A DNA stretch of 64,000 nucleotides from Antedon mediterranea (GCF_964355755.1 NC_092679.1:960201-1024200), one strand, 5' to 3'; counted from the first letter of the stretch, positions 1-14,081 are shown. Notes: generated by a model from the sequence alone, not told the origin. Numbers and translations: made by a program.

Positions 1-147
1 CATTGCGATTATGTAAATATTCAATCCTAACTTCAAACTTGCTTGAGCACAGACAATCCTACAAATGATAAAAATAATTATTATGATTTAATTGTACGGA
101 CAATTCACAATGAAGCGTTAAGGATGTTGGACTCTTCACAAACTTAC

Positions 148-174
148 TCTGGACTTATAATATGCGTAGGGAAA
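148..174 (-). CDS. Candidate 27-nt exon (FPYAYYKSR in phase 0)
   Basis: Strong acceptor TTTCATTTTTTAG and donor GTAAGT; no homology evidence. Confidence 0.3.
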
Positions 175-742
175 CTAAAAAATGAAAGGGTTGGTACAAA
201 TGGCTGACATTTGCATCAGTGTTGTTGAATACAACAGCCCATTCTCGTTCAGATGTTTGATAATTTTGGCCGCAATGCTTCAGTCATCAAGAAATTGATA
301 GGGCAATCAATTTTCAGACACACACATTTTCATTTCTTTGGAACTTAAAATATTTATATATTCAAATGTTCATACAAATTTCAAAAGCACATGACTGAGA
401 GTTTCTGTTCATGGCCAAATGTTAAACACGAATGTTGTTAAACATAAATATCAACAACTATGCTTTTGAAACTTCACGGTGTCATCTTGTATGCGATATA
501 AAACACATAATGACGTCGTCAAGTTGAGAAACGTGTTTAATAACTCGCTTTTGGCGCTTCATGTCCTGTTTTAATGTCCCACAGACAACATGAAACATTC
601 TTGCATGTTTTATAATTTATTAATGTCATATAAAGTAGATGGATGGCAGCTCACATCACTCAAAAGTCAACCGCATAATTGTACATTACAAGGAAATGTG
701 TCATTATCCTTTATTCACAAAGAATTGTTGAATATTCATTAA

Positions 743-871
743 TAAAAAAGTATGATGTGGCCAAATATGATATTGATATGCTCAAATATGGTAGTGATAT
801 GACATCATCATGTCCATATATGGGCACATCACATTTTTTTGTCACATAAATTTTGATAGTGTAGAGCTTTA
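743..871. mobile_element. MITE family A, left-truncated copy
   Basis: Shares internal sequence and right TIR with 20220-20352. Confidence 0.7.
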
Positions 872-955
872 TATTGGTACTAAACAAAAAAGTTTGTTAA
901 AAAAGATACGGTATTCCTTTTTATTTTAAAATCTCAAGTGGAATTGCTGTACAAA

Positions 956-1604
956 GTTATGTATAAGTATGTTTGTTATGTATAAGTATGTTTGTTATGT
1001 ATAAGTATGTTTGTTATGTATAAGTATGTTTGTTATGTATAAGTATGTTTGTTATGTATAAGTATGTTTGTTATGTATAAGTATGTTTGTTATGTATAAG
1101 TATGTTTGTTATGTATAAGTATGTTTGTTATGTATAAGTATGTTTGTTATGTATAAGTATGTTTGTTATGTATAAGTATGTTTGTTATGTATAAGTATGT
1201 TTGTTATGTATAAGTATGTTTGTTATGTATAAGTATGTTTGTTATGTATAAGTATGTTTGTTATGTATAAGTATGTTTGTTATGTATAAGTATGTTTGTT
1301 ATGTATAAGTATGTTTGTTATGTATAAGTATGTTTGTTATGTATAAGTATGTTTGTTATGTATAAGTATGTTTGTTATGTATAAGTATGTTTGTTATGTA
1401 TAAGTATGTTTGTTATGTATAAGTATGTTTGTTATGTATAAGTATGTTTGTTATGTATAAGTATGTTTGTTATGTATAAGTATGTTTGTTATGTATAAGT
1501 ATGTTTGTTATGTATAAGTATGTTTGTTATGTATAAGTATGTTTGTTATGTATAAGTATGTTTGTTATGTATAAGTATGTTTGTTATGTATAAGTATGTT
1601 TGTT
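956..1604. repeat. Minisatellite, 19-bp unit GTTATGTATAAGTATGTTT, ~34 identical copies
   Basis: Direct inspection. Confidence 0.97.
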
Positions 1605-3680
1605 TTATGTTGGAAATATCTTTCATTTTTATTGCCTCAAACAACCGTCGGCATTTCACACAAGATAATTACAAAGTAATAATTTGCTCCGATGCCATTC
1701 TGCTACAGAAGTAGTACTATAATACATAAAACATATTGACTTTCAACAGAAACTGTATAATAAGCCTTACATTCTAAAGATATAATTATGGGAAAACAAG
1801 CAACTTCATTTGTAATATGACAAGTTACACTGATCAAATTTCCGTGCGAATTTCCTGTTCCGAAGGTGAGAATAAAATCAAACAAATAGAGAAACGAGTG
1901 TTGTTTTATGTACATACGATTTGTGAATGTATATTAAGGATTATGTTACATTTCGGCTAACAGTTCAAACAGATTGTTTTCCAAACAAACAAACATTGTC
2001 AACCTCCAACTTATAATTCTTAGGTATTCCAATCGAGACAGTAAGTATTTGTTTCAAGATGAAAATCAAATTGGAATACTAAATTGTAAAAGAATCTACA
2101 AGCACAAGGTGACAGCGAACGACATAAAGGTTTTATCATCGTCATCGTTGTCGGACTTTAGTTTGCTTGAGTGCTCGTAAGTAAAGCAGAACCTTACTGT
2201 ACTCAAGCTTTCGTTTAAACTTCAATTTTGTAAAATACGTCACGGATAATAAATATACCAATAAACTTTCTCATAAGCATTTACTGTTTTAACATTGAGA
2301 TTGCAATGAACTCTTAAGTGCTTGTTGCACTACAAATATCTCAGAGATTTTTAACGCTCAGTGAACCGTTAAATAATATCATCTATTTAAAATACAAAAC
2401 ATTCACATGGAGTTCACTAATTCATACATGAAAATTAAATCAATATAATTTAAGAATATCTACTTATTTATTTATTAAAACTATATTTTATTTCAAACTC
2501 AATCAAAAGTTAAAAAATTGAAATACATTTGTTTTTTCACTACAAAGTTAACTTAACAGTAAATTAGTGGAATTGGATTTTTTACATAATTGAAGACTGT
2601 CTGTACACTGTATTACATACATACTGTGAACAGTATATGGGATCCTCCTCTTCTACGTTTTGAAGCTGGAGTAGATAACCTATTTAGCAATAAATAGCCT
2701 ACTGATTCATATTTTAGAGATTTTTTTATTCAAAATTACTCAAAATAAGGAATATTTTATTTTCATTTCTCATATGTTTAATAATTTACATTGTGTACTG
2801 TTTGTTTATTTGTTTCTAAATACTAAAAACATTGAATACACAGTATACTGCTGGATGATGTACAAATCATTAACCCATTTCTGAATGACAATACTATTAG
2901 TGAGTGATCACATTATCATAATGTATTTTTAAGAAGATTTTAATTGGTAATTTTCCTGCAGGATATTTTTAAATCAATAACTAAAACCAGTATATTAATA
3001 AACCAATTTCAACTAATCTTTATTTTCATGTGGGGTTAATAACAAAGAATGATTTGATATCGATAAGAAACAAGTTTTTCATCATGAAAGAAAATAGAAA
3101 TTGCTTCAGACAAGACGGGGTACAATAGAGACCATTTTGGACGCAGCTCATTGGACCGCGAAAAGTCCAGCGGAGCGACTAACCATGGTGCCAATTTAAA
3201 TTTGTCAAGGTTTCGCAATTCTCAGTCTAATAACGGCAAGTTCTCAAATATTCTAGCGTGGTGATTCAAATTAACCTATGCTACCGTATCAGTGGTGTGA
3301 TTTATTAAGATAACAAATATTTTGTTACTAATCCTAGCTGTATAATAATTTGCCCTGTTGGTTATTGCACTATCTTTATCATTGTTGCCAATGTGCATTG
3401 TGATCTTAATGTTATGATGTGTTAATCACTGTGTTCTGTGGAATTTTACTTTTTATAATAATTATCTGTCTACCTAGTATTTGTATGTAGGCCATGTGTA
3501 TAGCATGGTATAAATGTAGATCTCAAGTATAAATCCAGCAGTGAAGTCAACTGATACTAACTGCTGTATGTATCCGTCCATGACGGCCATGTGCCTTCAG
3601 AAGAAAATGGTTACAAGAATAGAAACAGTACCACCTTCTAACAATAGGCCATTCATACATCAAGTCCTTGCTACTCTTTC

Positions 3681-3968
3681 TACTATACCATAGGTCGTGT
3701 TCGTACCATAGACCATACATGTATGTTTACTGTACCATAGGTCGTGTTCGTACCATAGACTATACATGTATGTTTACTATACCATAGGTCGTGTTCGTAC
3801 CATAGACCATACATGTATGTTTACTGTACCATAGGTCGTGTTCGTACCATAGACTATACATGTATGTTTACTGTACCATAGGTCGTGTTCGTACCATAGA
3901 CTATACATGTATGTTTACTGTACCATAGGTCGTGTTCGTACCATAGACCTACATGTATGTTTACTGTA
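3681..3968. repeat. Minisatellite, 47-bp unit, ~6 copies
   Basis: TACCATAGGTCGTGTTCGTACCATAGAC(C/T)ATACATGTATGTTTACTG. Confidence 0.95.
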
Positions 3969-6948
3969 ACTGTACATTTTATGTTATGCATTCCACCTAC
4001 TGTAAGTTTATTTGTATAAATCACTTTGTTACCGATTTAGAATTCAGAAGCTTATTCAACATATTTATTCTAAATCTATAATTTATTCTATTACCTGTAA
4101 TTTAATTTCAATGAATATAATATTAAAAACCAATCTTAGATTCATTAATGCTGATTTGTTTAAAGCAGACACATCTGAGATAATCTTAAATCATCTTGAA
4201 ACTGGCTGTAATTGGTTTGTTTGGGGTCGCCACTCATGGAAAAATTCTTGAAAGTGTTGGCCTGTCTTGCTTTTTAGTTTACCTGTACTACAACTAATTT
4301 TACAAATAAAAAATTCACAATTCCCTTCCTAGTCTTTCTTTCGTTTTAAGTACTTTCAGAATTGTGTTTGAAGTGATGTAGCCACAAGAAATAAAGTGGT
4401 GCGGTTGGAAGGAGACAATCTCTGTTCAAGCCACTGGGTTATCAAACAGTTTTGTTTCAGCATTAATTTATGCTAAGATTTTATTTGTATACACATTTTG
4501 GCACAAGTGAAGGTATAGCTAGATATGAAATGGCAATATGTACACACCATTGTTGGATAAATATTATCAATATTTATATAACATGCTATGTAAATAATGT
4601 GTCATTCTTTAGTTCAGACATTGAATATATTATATAATATGTTATCACGTTATATGATTAATTAGTAATACTAATAACTAACCAACTTCCTTCTACCCTA
4701 TTATATATGATAAATCATTTACATCAAGATTTTACTGTGAGTACTTCCCTTTATGGTAAGCAATCGTGTCAATAAATCAGTGTCGTATGATTACTAAAAA
4801 AAGATTGTTAAAATGAATGTAGAAATAAAAGAGTAATTACTGCAGTAACTATAGATATAGCACTTTTAAAAATAAGGTACTGCAGAAATGGTCTTCTTAA
4901 TTAATTATACACGAAGCTGCTATTTAATACAATTTTTTTGTTTGCACATTGAATGGATTGATTTTTCTCTATTATTAATTGACTTTAGCGACTTAAGGAT
5001 GCACTTAGACTTTGGTCTTAACCAACACGCTCAAAGCACGCTTTATTAATTAAAAGCTACAAATTCATCTTTTCAAAACGATTACAGTGAAAACGTTTAG
5101 TGCAACTCACTGTAGATGACGTGACATATTGAATAACAATGTCTTTTGTGAAATATGTTAAGTTATGGATAAGATATGGATATTAAATGTAACTGTTACT
5201 CCACTGCCAACATAGCTGGCTCTACCTTACCTGTGCTTCACATACAGTATGTAGCTTATTTTGGGTATTATTTGTATTTTGAAGAAGAAAATTTGTAATT
5301 GTGTGTAAACTATATTTTTATTCATTAACAAATATATAATAAATATAAACAAACCGATTCAGGATTTTTTAAAAAGAAGCCACTGCCTAAAAATGATATG
5401 TCTTTACTTAAACGTAAATCTAGTATCTTTTGCATTGTAATTCTGATAATTTAAGGGACAGAATGGGTCAGGATTTCATTAACTTTATATCATTCAAGAC
5501 AGAAAAAATGTATTGCAATGTGTACATAAGTTTCAAATATGTATTAAATCACTTTACAGCAAAGAATACAACATCTAAGGGCCTGTTCGCACTTGATGTA
5601 CACATATAATTGTCGCGTGTGGCTTCCCCTTTAAATTGCACAATAAAGCAATTTCTTTTTTGCTGATGACCTTGTACTGTTTTTAAAACCAAAGATATAC
5701 AACACTCCGTGGTCACATTCTGATCAATTTCAAACAATTTTGTTTGATAATATTTGAAGGAACTGAACCCAAAAGAAGATAAAAACCGGAATATTAAAAC
5801 ATAAAACACAAAATTAGATTAAAATGTTATCACAAAGGTAGATAATGAATAATAACAAGGAAACTAACTATAGTAGAAACTATTACTAGTACTGTACCTA
5901 ATCAACCAAGGATGGAATTGTTCTATATTAAATACCTATTTTTCCTTTGCACATTGGAGCAGTTCTCTTTTATATTTACTTGATGTGCACATGTGTGATG
6001 TGTGATGTGATGTGATGTGTGGTGTGTGATGTGCACATGTGTTGTGCTTAGTAGTTTATACATGGAGCTACCCTTCATGGTTTTTAGTTTAGTACTATAG
6101 TTTATTATATTTATATACTGTACTTTTCAGTGGCTTTTTTTTTCTTTTGTTTTCTTTTTTTTGCTAACTTCTTCAATTCATATCTTAGTTTTTTTGTATT
6201 GTTAACCACCGTGAATACTTGTTTTTTATGTGTTAATAATGTTTTCTGGAAAATAAATGAATATGAATATTTGGATTTTGTTGTTGGTTGCACAACTACA
6301 TCGTGTCACTAGTGCCAAAAAAGTGATGACTAATAAATAAATAAAAAGCTATGTTTATATGCACTATCGTTAAAAGATATATTGCCATGGTGAAAGAAAG
6401 TCTTCCATGGAAGACCAACGACCAAATATGGATAAAAATGATTTGGAAAAACTAATACAAAACTGATACAGAATCACTTGATTAGGTTTCAGATAGGCAT
6501 TTTTTGCGTTGAAAGCAGAACAAGCAAAACCACAATGCAACTCTGATAGTTATTTCACTGTGGTAAAGAAAAAAGTTTATCAAATCAAACAGCTTTCTTC
6601 TTTTTGAGCATTGTTACTTGAGAAATTGCCATAAAATATTACATGTCAACTGCTATAAAGTTGACATAAGGGTCACAGCAAAATTATACTATTAAAAAAT
6701 TTCTCCTGAATGCAAGTTAGTAAAAAATGAATAGGTCGCAAGTCGCATAGAAACAAGCTGTGGTGGTCAGTGCTAATGTACTTTTGAGTATAAGATCAAC
6801 CCCTCTCCCTCTTAGGGTTCAAACATGGATCATGTCGTAACTTCATCGTCGTTCAACCTATCTTCATCAGTTTGAGGAAAAAAGTGCAGATTAGATTATT
6901 AATCATTATATTAACCATTCATAATATTGTTGGTAAGACCAAATACCG

Positions 6949-7188
6949 ATCATGATCATTGTATCATGATCATTGTATCATGATCATTGTATCATGATCA
7001 TTGTATCATGATCATTGTATCATGATCATTGTATCATGATCATTGTATCATGATCATTGTATCATGATCATTGTATCATGATCATTGTATCATGATCATT
7101 GTATCATGATCATTGTATCATGATCATTGTATCATGATCATTATATCATGATCATTGTATCATGATCATTGTATCATGATCATTGTAT
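6949..7188. repeat. Minisatellite, 14-bp unit CATGATCATTGTAT, ~17 copies
   Basis: Direct inspection. Confidence 0.96.
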
Positions 7189-7638
7189 ATTCATACATAA
7201 AATATGCTATAGTTTGGAAAATATACCGGTACTTATTTTCTCTGAAAAATGTGCCATTTGAACTGTACCTCTTGAACTGTACCTCAACTTTACAAAATTT
7301 GTCAAAAATGTACCGGATTAAATGACAATTGGATAATATATTATCATTCATACTTTAGTTTTTAGAATAGGCAAGACTGGATTGTACGAACAGACCAAAC
7401 AAACACAACGTGCCCTGGGCGGCAGACGATAAATAAATAAAAACACGGACAAGCCTAAGCATGCTACCCACCCTCACTCAACAGCTCATTAAATATATTT
7501 TAATTTAACCCATGTTTATGAAGTAAAATGAGGCCGTAAAATTAATGATGAAATATTCCTATTATTATTATATGGGTCACTTTGTTTGTATAGTGAGCAT
7601 CTCTATCTATTTCTGATCAAAGTTTAACAAAAAATTAC

Positions 7639-7779
7639 CTTAGGCAAAGCTGCAAGGAATAACACCTGTAAAATAAATACCAGTCGAAACCTCGACAACA
7701 ACGCGGGGCAGTCACTGTGCCCGCCTCCTCTTCTTCCTCCTCCTAGCCTAGAACAACAAAATTCTGGGTAGAACCACAT
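7639..7779 (-). CDS. Putative first coding exon of an unidentified secreted/membrane protein (signal-peptide-like)
   Basis: MWFYPEFCCSRLGGGRRGGGHSDCPALLSRFRLVFILQVLFLAALPK, upstream in-frame TGA, AAG|GTAATT donor, downstream of a CpG-rich promoter. Confidence 0.5.
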
Positions 7780-8029
7780 AACTCCAGCGCTTCAAAACAC
7801 AAACAAATCGTCAACATATTGTACAAATAATACATATATAATTCCACATTTGGTCGATCAAGACATGGCAATTGTAAAATATATTCCGAGAATAAAAATG
7901 ATGTGTCCTCTTCAAAAGTGTTCTGAACATAAGTTTCGAATCCACACTCCACAACACACGACACACGACTGTGAGCGTGGGAAAGCACCGATACACAAAT
8001 TGAGTTTATCTTGAACAACTAAGTATTGA

Positions 8030-8230
8030 TAGCGCGCCGTCATCAACCTCATTAATATTGATGAGAATGATAATTAACCAACCACGTCCGTCCCTAGCGC
8101 GTACCAACTCAAGCAATGGAAACCCAGACCAGACAGCAGCAGAGCGATAAATCGGTCACTCTTTTAGTAATTCGTAACCGCCTCTAAATACCCGTTCTTC
8201 TTATGATGGGCATACCTATACGATACCGTT
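8030..8230 (-). promoter_or_regulatory. CpG-rich promoter with TATA-like TATTTA (~8190)
   Basis: CpG enrichment against the AT-rich background; lies upstream of the 7779 ATG. Confidence 0.4.
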
Positions 8231-9459
8231 ACAGATAGTAAATAATACAGTCTTGTGTTATGTTTCGCTTTCTCTTCTTGCTATTATTCCCCCAGGCGGT
8301 CAGATTATGTTTTGGTTACTTCCTTTTTATTAGCTCTTCTCTGCATCGATCACTCAGCCCTATTAATATTCAAAAGGAATTCGTCGACGTAGTTCTCACG
8401 ATTGGTACAGGGGATATACATGGGTTTACGAAGTTTGAAGACAAAGCTATTTTGGCTGGGTTAACTGCCGTGGGCCGTGCTTAGCTCTTTTCAAGCCGCC
8501 TCGATGGGGAGTACTTTTGTAATTGTAACTTGTCTCAGCTGACAAGATAATCTTATTCAAATCACCTTATGTCAGAATTGCCTAAAAAAGTGTTATTGTA
8601 TAGCCTACCCGTTATTATTTTTAATGGTCCATCAAACATGAAGAAAGTGATGATAACGATACTTTTACATCATACAATTGTTACATTGTAGTATTTTTTT
8701 GGTTTGCCTAAATGCCTAAAAAAAGTACTAATTACAAAAGTTAACAAAAAATACGTCTACCAGTACTTTTTTTACAAAAATATTATGTTTTAGTTTCACG
8801 ACTTTTTCTGTACAGTACCATTAAAAATAAGTTGTAATATCAGTTAAAACAATTGTTTAGTTGAATATTGTTTCATATCAATATCCTTTTACGTAAAACA
8901 AGTCGTTATTTTGTAACTAATTAAAACACATGTTTTTAAAATTGTTTGAATAAAATTAAGTACTGTACCTGTATACGTGCTTAAAATAGTTTGGTTAAAG
9001 GCAACACAACAGGGGGCGCTATACCATTTTGAAACGCCAGGTTGAAAATATCAAATTGTGTTCAAATGAAGCCGCCCATATTATAACCCAGTGGTTATTG
9101 TTATTTTCAGGTGAAAAACCACAAAACAACAATTATGCATGTTATTTTTTAACATTACATTGTTTTAACAGATGCTTCTGTTGTATTATTTAAATTTTGA
9201 TTTTAAAGCATTTTTATGACCTTAGATACTTATTGTATCGATATTCATAAAATCTGATTAATTATAATTTATATAATAATTAATATTTAAAATAATAATC
9301 GGTCATGGCACTTTTATTAATTTAAATTTAATTCCACCCACATATCTACATATTTGCGCGTCAATGACGTCAAACTCGTCATCGCATGAAAGTCGACGTC
9401 ACTATTATTATGCCTACTCACTGTTTAGGCGTGGTTCCCAATTTAGACATCCTTATAGG

Positions 9460-9545
9460 CGCACAACGCAACTGAGTAATTGACCAATCAAAAGCGACAG
9501 TTCGGATCATTTACGCGTCGCTATTGGTCAAATTACTTGCGGTGT
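9460..9545. mobile_element. MITE family B core remnant
   Basis: TTGACCAATC...GATTGGTCAA-type inverted core. Confidence 0.55.
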
Positions 9546-10414
9546 CCAAAAAGTCTTGTACACAGTATAATTTTATTCATTTACGGCTATAAAGCCACTG
9601 AGCGGTAGGGTGGGGTCATCATGGGTGTGAACATATTATTTCTGATAGGCGATTTGGACAAGGTTGTAAAAGAAAATAGTATTACGGATCGAGTGTGGAG
9701 TGAGAGCATAGTGTAAAGTACTAAGTATATATGGTGTGAAACATTCAATAGTTCTAATACATTTTAGTCAACAGCTCTTGATCATTCATTAAATCGTTTC
9801 AAATCAATAAAGTACCTATAAACACAATCAATTAATACTAAAATGCTTTGAATATGACTCGATTAAGACGCGGCGGCGGCAATGGCCTAGAGGAGGTTGT
9901 ACTCCATGTAATACTATAGCTAGCATTCTTTTGTACTCTTTCTCCGTCGTCGCGTATCCGAGGTGGTTTCCGGCTAACCGACTGGATGACGGATTTCACC
10001 TGCACAATCTATCACCTTCCGTTTTCTCCCATAGAGAGGGGGGACGTCTACGTTTTTATCCCACAGCGATCAAGATGACCCCTATTCCGGTTTCTTGGAC
10101 GATGCCAATTGTTATGTTTACTTTCACTTTCTGCGAGACGTCGTGTGGCCGGCAAATGTGAAGAGAAAAATAAACGAAGTTTCCTCTTTTTAGTTAGTTT
10201 TAGATATGAAATTAGATCAATTGTAAATCGAAATTCTTCTGCTCAGTTGTCTACTACCCGAGCTCGGGTATATATATGCAAAATGCAAGCGAGTCGAGAA
10301 GGCAACAAAGCCAGTGTGTGTATATTTTAGATAGTTTACGACCAATATTAATTATTTAAATGAATTAAAATAGGCCCACATTGTCACACTTTGGTATTTG
10401 CTAATCCAACATAA

Positions 10415-10500
10415 AACGCAAGCGCAATTTGACCAATCACAACACGACGGATCATTCGAACTGTCGCTTGTGATTGGTCAACTCAACCTAACGCGCAAGT
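10415..10500. mobile_element. MITE family B core remnant
   Basis: TTGACCAATCACAA...TTGTGATTGGTCAA. Confidence 0.6.
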
Positions 10501-11480
10501 AAGTACACACAGGATACAAAGAACACGATATGTAGACGGCGATATAACACTGTGAATGTTTCTTAAAAGCGCACTTGATACAGTTTACATAAAAAATAGA
10601 AATGCAAATGTTATTGGTTTTAATGATTATTTTAACTAATTAAGGAGGTAGTAGGTCTAATCTTCCATAAATCAAAACAAAATAAGTTCTATAGTTTTTA
10701 ATTATATTTCTTTCTTTCATTCATTCATTTCACTCGGCGGTAAATGACGAAACAGTTTCTCAATCAGGGCGTTGACTTTAACAACATCCACCGATGACGA
10801 CGTTGATTAGAAACGTATGTATTTGGTGTCATAGTGATAATTAAGAAATGTGGAATAAAAACAAACAAATTCCGAGTGGTTTAACCTCAATTAATCTAAA
10901 GGTGCATTTAGACGACACCACATCAGACAGCAATTAATGAACACACGCACATATTTTTTTCGGACGGTAATATTAATTTTTCCCCTAATTTTCCCATGGT
11001 ATTCGTACAATATTCGAGGACCTCACAAAACGTAAATGATTTTTGACCGATTTAAACCTAAATGCATACTTTAAAAAATACACTGTATGTTTGTTTTTTA
11101 TATCTATATTTTTTATTCCAACTTAAGAGAACAATAATAGATGGTAATAATTAGAAAAATATTGCAAATTTCGCTAAAATTAACTCTGGGTGAATATTGC
11201 TAAATTACGTTTTATTTAGCTACACTGTAGTACCACACAATATCACATGACCAAACTAATTTGCATATTGTATATCATTTACGATACATTACATAATTAT
11301 TAATCAGTGTGTAATTTGCATATGGTCTGACATAATTAATTTTAATTTGCATAAAGCATAACGTATCATTTACACGTGTTTTAAAAAAAGGTATCGATGC
11401 AAAAATTGCATATTACACTTATACTAACACAATAAGCCTACAAGATTGAATCATGCATGCCTACTCCAATATATTTATAA

Positions 11481-11606
11481 AGCTTGGTTCCTACTACATA
11501 CGTAACGCAAGGACGTAAACGCAACGCCGCAAGCGAGTTGACCAATGACAAGCGACAGTTCGAATAATCCATCGCTTGTGATTGGTTAATTCACTTACGT
11601 TGCGCG
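11481..11606. mobile_element. MITE family B (palindromic; AGCTTGGTTCCCACTAG TIR, CGCAACGCAA and GACCAATGA internal)
   Basis: Near-palindromic dispersed repeat, right end truncated. Confidence 0.75.
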
Positions 11607-11639
11607 CAAGAGAGACCTCCGTGTATCGCATTTTTTGCG

Positions 11640-11732
11640 TTAAATTAACAATGTAGGGTGTCAATTGATCGTTAAATTTACAACTTAGGGTGTCAATTGA
11701 CCGTTAAATCAACAACTTAGGGTGTCAAGTGA
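11640..11732. repeat. Three ~32-bp tandem repeats (TTAAAT..ACAACTTAGGGTGTCAA)
   Basis: Direct inspection. Confidence 0.8.
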
Positions 11733-11844
11733 CTAATGTCATAAGAACACATAATGAAATCTCGTATTTTATACCAAATAAATAATAACCACTATTTAAT
11801 CTGGAAGTCTACATTAATCTGTTCACCCGGATGTTAAGGAAGAA

Positions 11845-11883
11845 GGGGGGGGGGGGGGGTGGAGAACTGGGGGGGGGGGGGGG
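11845..11883 (+). repeat. Two ~15-nt poly(G) tracts, G-quadruplex-capable
   Basis: Direct inspection. Confidence 0.8.
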
Positions 11884-13153
11884 CCTGCCTGGTTATATAA
11901 TTACTTACTATTCTATAAAATTATGAAAGTTCTTATACAAATTAAATTTATATTATTATTTAAATTTATATAATATTTGATGATAATTTATAATAGTATT
12001 TATAATAGTTAGGCCTATATTTAACAAAATGCAACAAAATCAGTGAAAAAATATGTTAGAAAAGATTATTTACAAATAATCACAAAAAAAAAAGCACAAA
12101 AATCCACGCATGCCTCTCTAAAACCAACTGCAACTAATCGACATTATAGCTATTAGCATACAGTAAAACGTCTAATAGGGGTTGGGGAAGGGGGATACTT
12201 TGGGGACCCAACATAGTGCATGCTGTACACTAATTCGGGGTTGGCTGTTAAGTATTTACCCCTTGCTTGTTTCACGGGATGTCCCATTAACAAAGGAGGG
12301 GGATCTACTATTAAAGGGAATTTGATTAAATGGACTTCTTAGTTGGAGGAGGAAGGCTGTAGTTGACCGTAGTTGAACTTGTGTGTACAAGGAAGCAGAA
12401 CCATAGACAAATTGTACATGGAAGAACAAAGTATAAAGAACTTATCATCACGAGTACTAGACCTACTCTACAGCGGTTAAATTAATTAGATATTAGAAAA
12501 CATACACGTGCGTACAAGTGTACAGCAAACATATCCGGTATTACCAAAGTGTGAACACGACTTAAAAATCGAGACAATGTAAACACAATTTAAGAATTCT
12601 AATTGGTTTTAACCATGTCTGAAATAATGTAAGGAGATTGTCCGAATTATTTGCCGACGACACGCGTCATATAAGCAAACGCGTATAGTTAATGGTAACT
12701 AAGTGACGAGAATATTTCACATTTTATGATTATTTGAATATCACCATCTGCTTCTAAGTGAGTGGTAAAGAGATTATTCAATTTGGTTACCTTTCACCTA
12801 ATTTATCATTGATTGTCGGTAGCATTATCATTCGCAGCTATAAGACTATTTTATGATATCTACATTCTTTGTTGACCATACTCACAATACGTGTTTAAAT
12901 ATCTTATTATAGAGACTGTGTAGGTTATACATATTGCGGATTTACAGCCAAATAGTTAGGAGAGTCGTCCAACAATGTTTCGGATGCTTTTATACAGCTT
13001 TTAAAAGCAGCTGTTAATTTAAATTAAATCGATGCAATCGTGTCTGTGTACAGTTCATCCTTTAGTTTGTAATTCATGGTTTATAAAACCGAGTAGGTAG
13101 GCTGTTCTATATTATCAATGCCGTAAACTTTTTTCCACTTGGATAAAACGTAA

Positions 13154-13418
13154 AGCCTGGTTTCCACTAGAGACGCAACGCAATGACGTAGGCGCAACGC
13201 AATTGAGTTGACCAATGACGACTGTTCGAATATAAATCCAACGCTCCTCTCATTGGTCAACTGACTTGCGTTGCGTATTAGGTTTCTGCATTGCGTGGAA
13301 ACTCGGAGCTTTCGTGCACGCGCACCACCACAAGTGAGTTGAAATTACAACCGTTGAATGCGTTTTTTGCGCTTACTGTACGTACTTTTTGCATTGCGTC
13401 CCAGTGGGAACAATGCTC
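13154..13418. mobile_element. MITE family B compound copy
   Basis: TIR start plus two right-end remnants. Confidence 0.7.
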
Positions 13419-13575
13419 TACGATTTCGGCGCAGTAAACCCTGAATTATATTCTACTAATGTATTGATGGATGGCCAACTAAACCAAGCTTACAACAAAC
13501 ATCAGATTAACGAAGAGCAAAATTAAAAACACAAATGTTAAAAATTATAAAATGTCAAATTAGGCCTATTACACA

Positions 13576-13581
13576 TTTATT
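13576..13581 (-). other. Candidate poly(A) signal of RhoGEF
   Basis: AATAAA on the minus strand downstream of a long AT-rich 3' region. Confidence 0.3.
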
Positions 13582-14081
13582 ACTTTCAAAGCAACTTGAG
13601 TAGTTATTTGTTTTATAACTGGGAACATTTACAACAAGCACACTTATATGGATTTTGTCCGTAGGAAACATCAAATAGTTCAAGACGTAGAAACAAGCAA
13701 AATTAAATCAATGGTTTTCGTGATTTAAAATCTTCAACGGTTCGCGTTGCGTACAAAATGGTTGCAGACGAAGTTAGTTTATAGCAAGAGGAAGAACAGA
13801 AACAATTTCAACATCACTTTACAGTAAAAGTCGTAGAATAAGTATTATTTAGATACTATGAACTGTATGGTAGAAAGCAGGATAAAATAGGTTATTAGTA
13901 AGAGAACCAATACCTTACACAGAGTAAAACTCAGTGAACCATAGCTTGCACGAATTCTGATGATGAGAAGTGGAAGAAAAAGATGAAATTAAGTTTTATA
14001 TAATAAATGATTCATAGAGTATGTAGTAAAATAAATTTGACAGTACATCCCTATTAGGGGACACAACATACTGTCTCCTAA

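Noticed and set aside
10644-10662. let-7-like GAGGTAGTAGGT
   Set aside because: Only 12 nt match, wrong 5' base and 3' half, no evident hairpin
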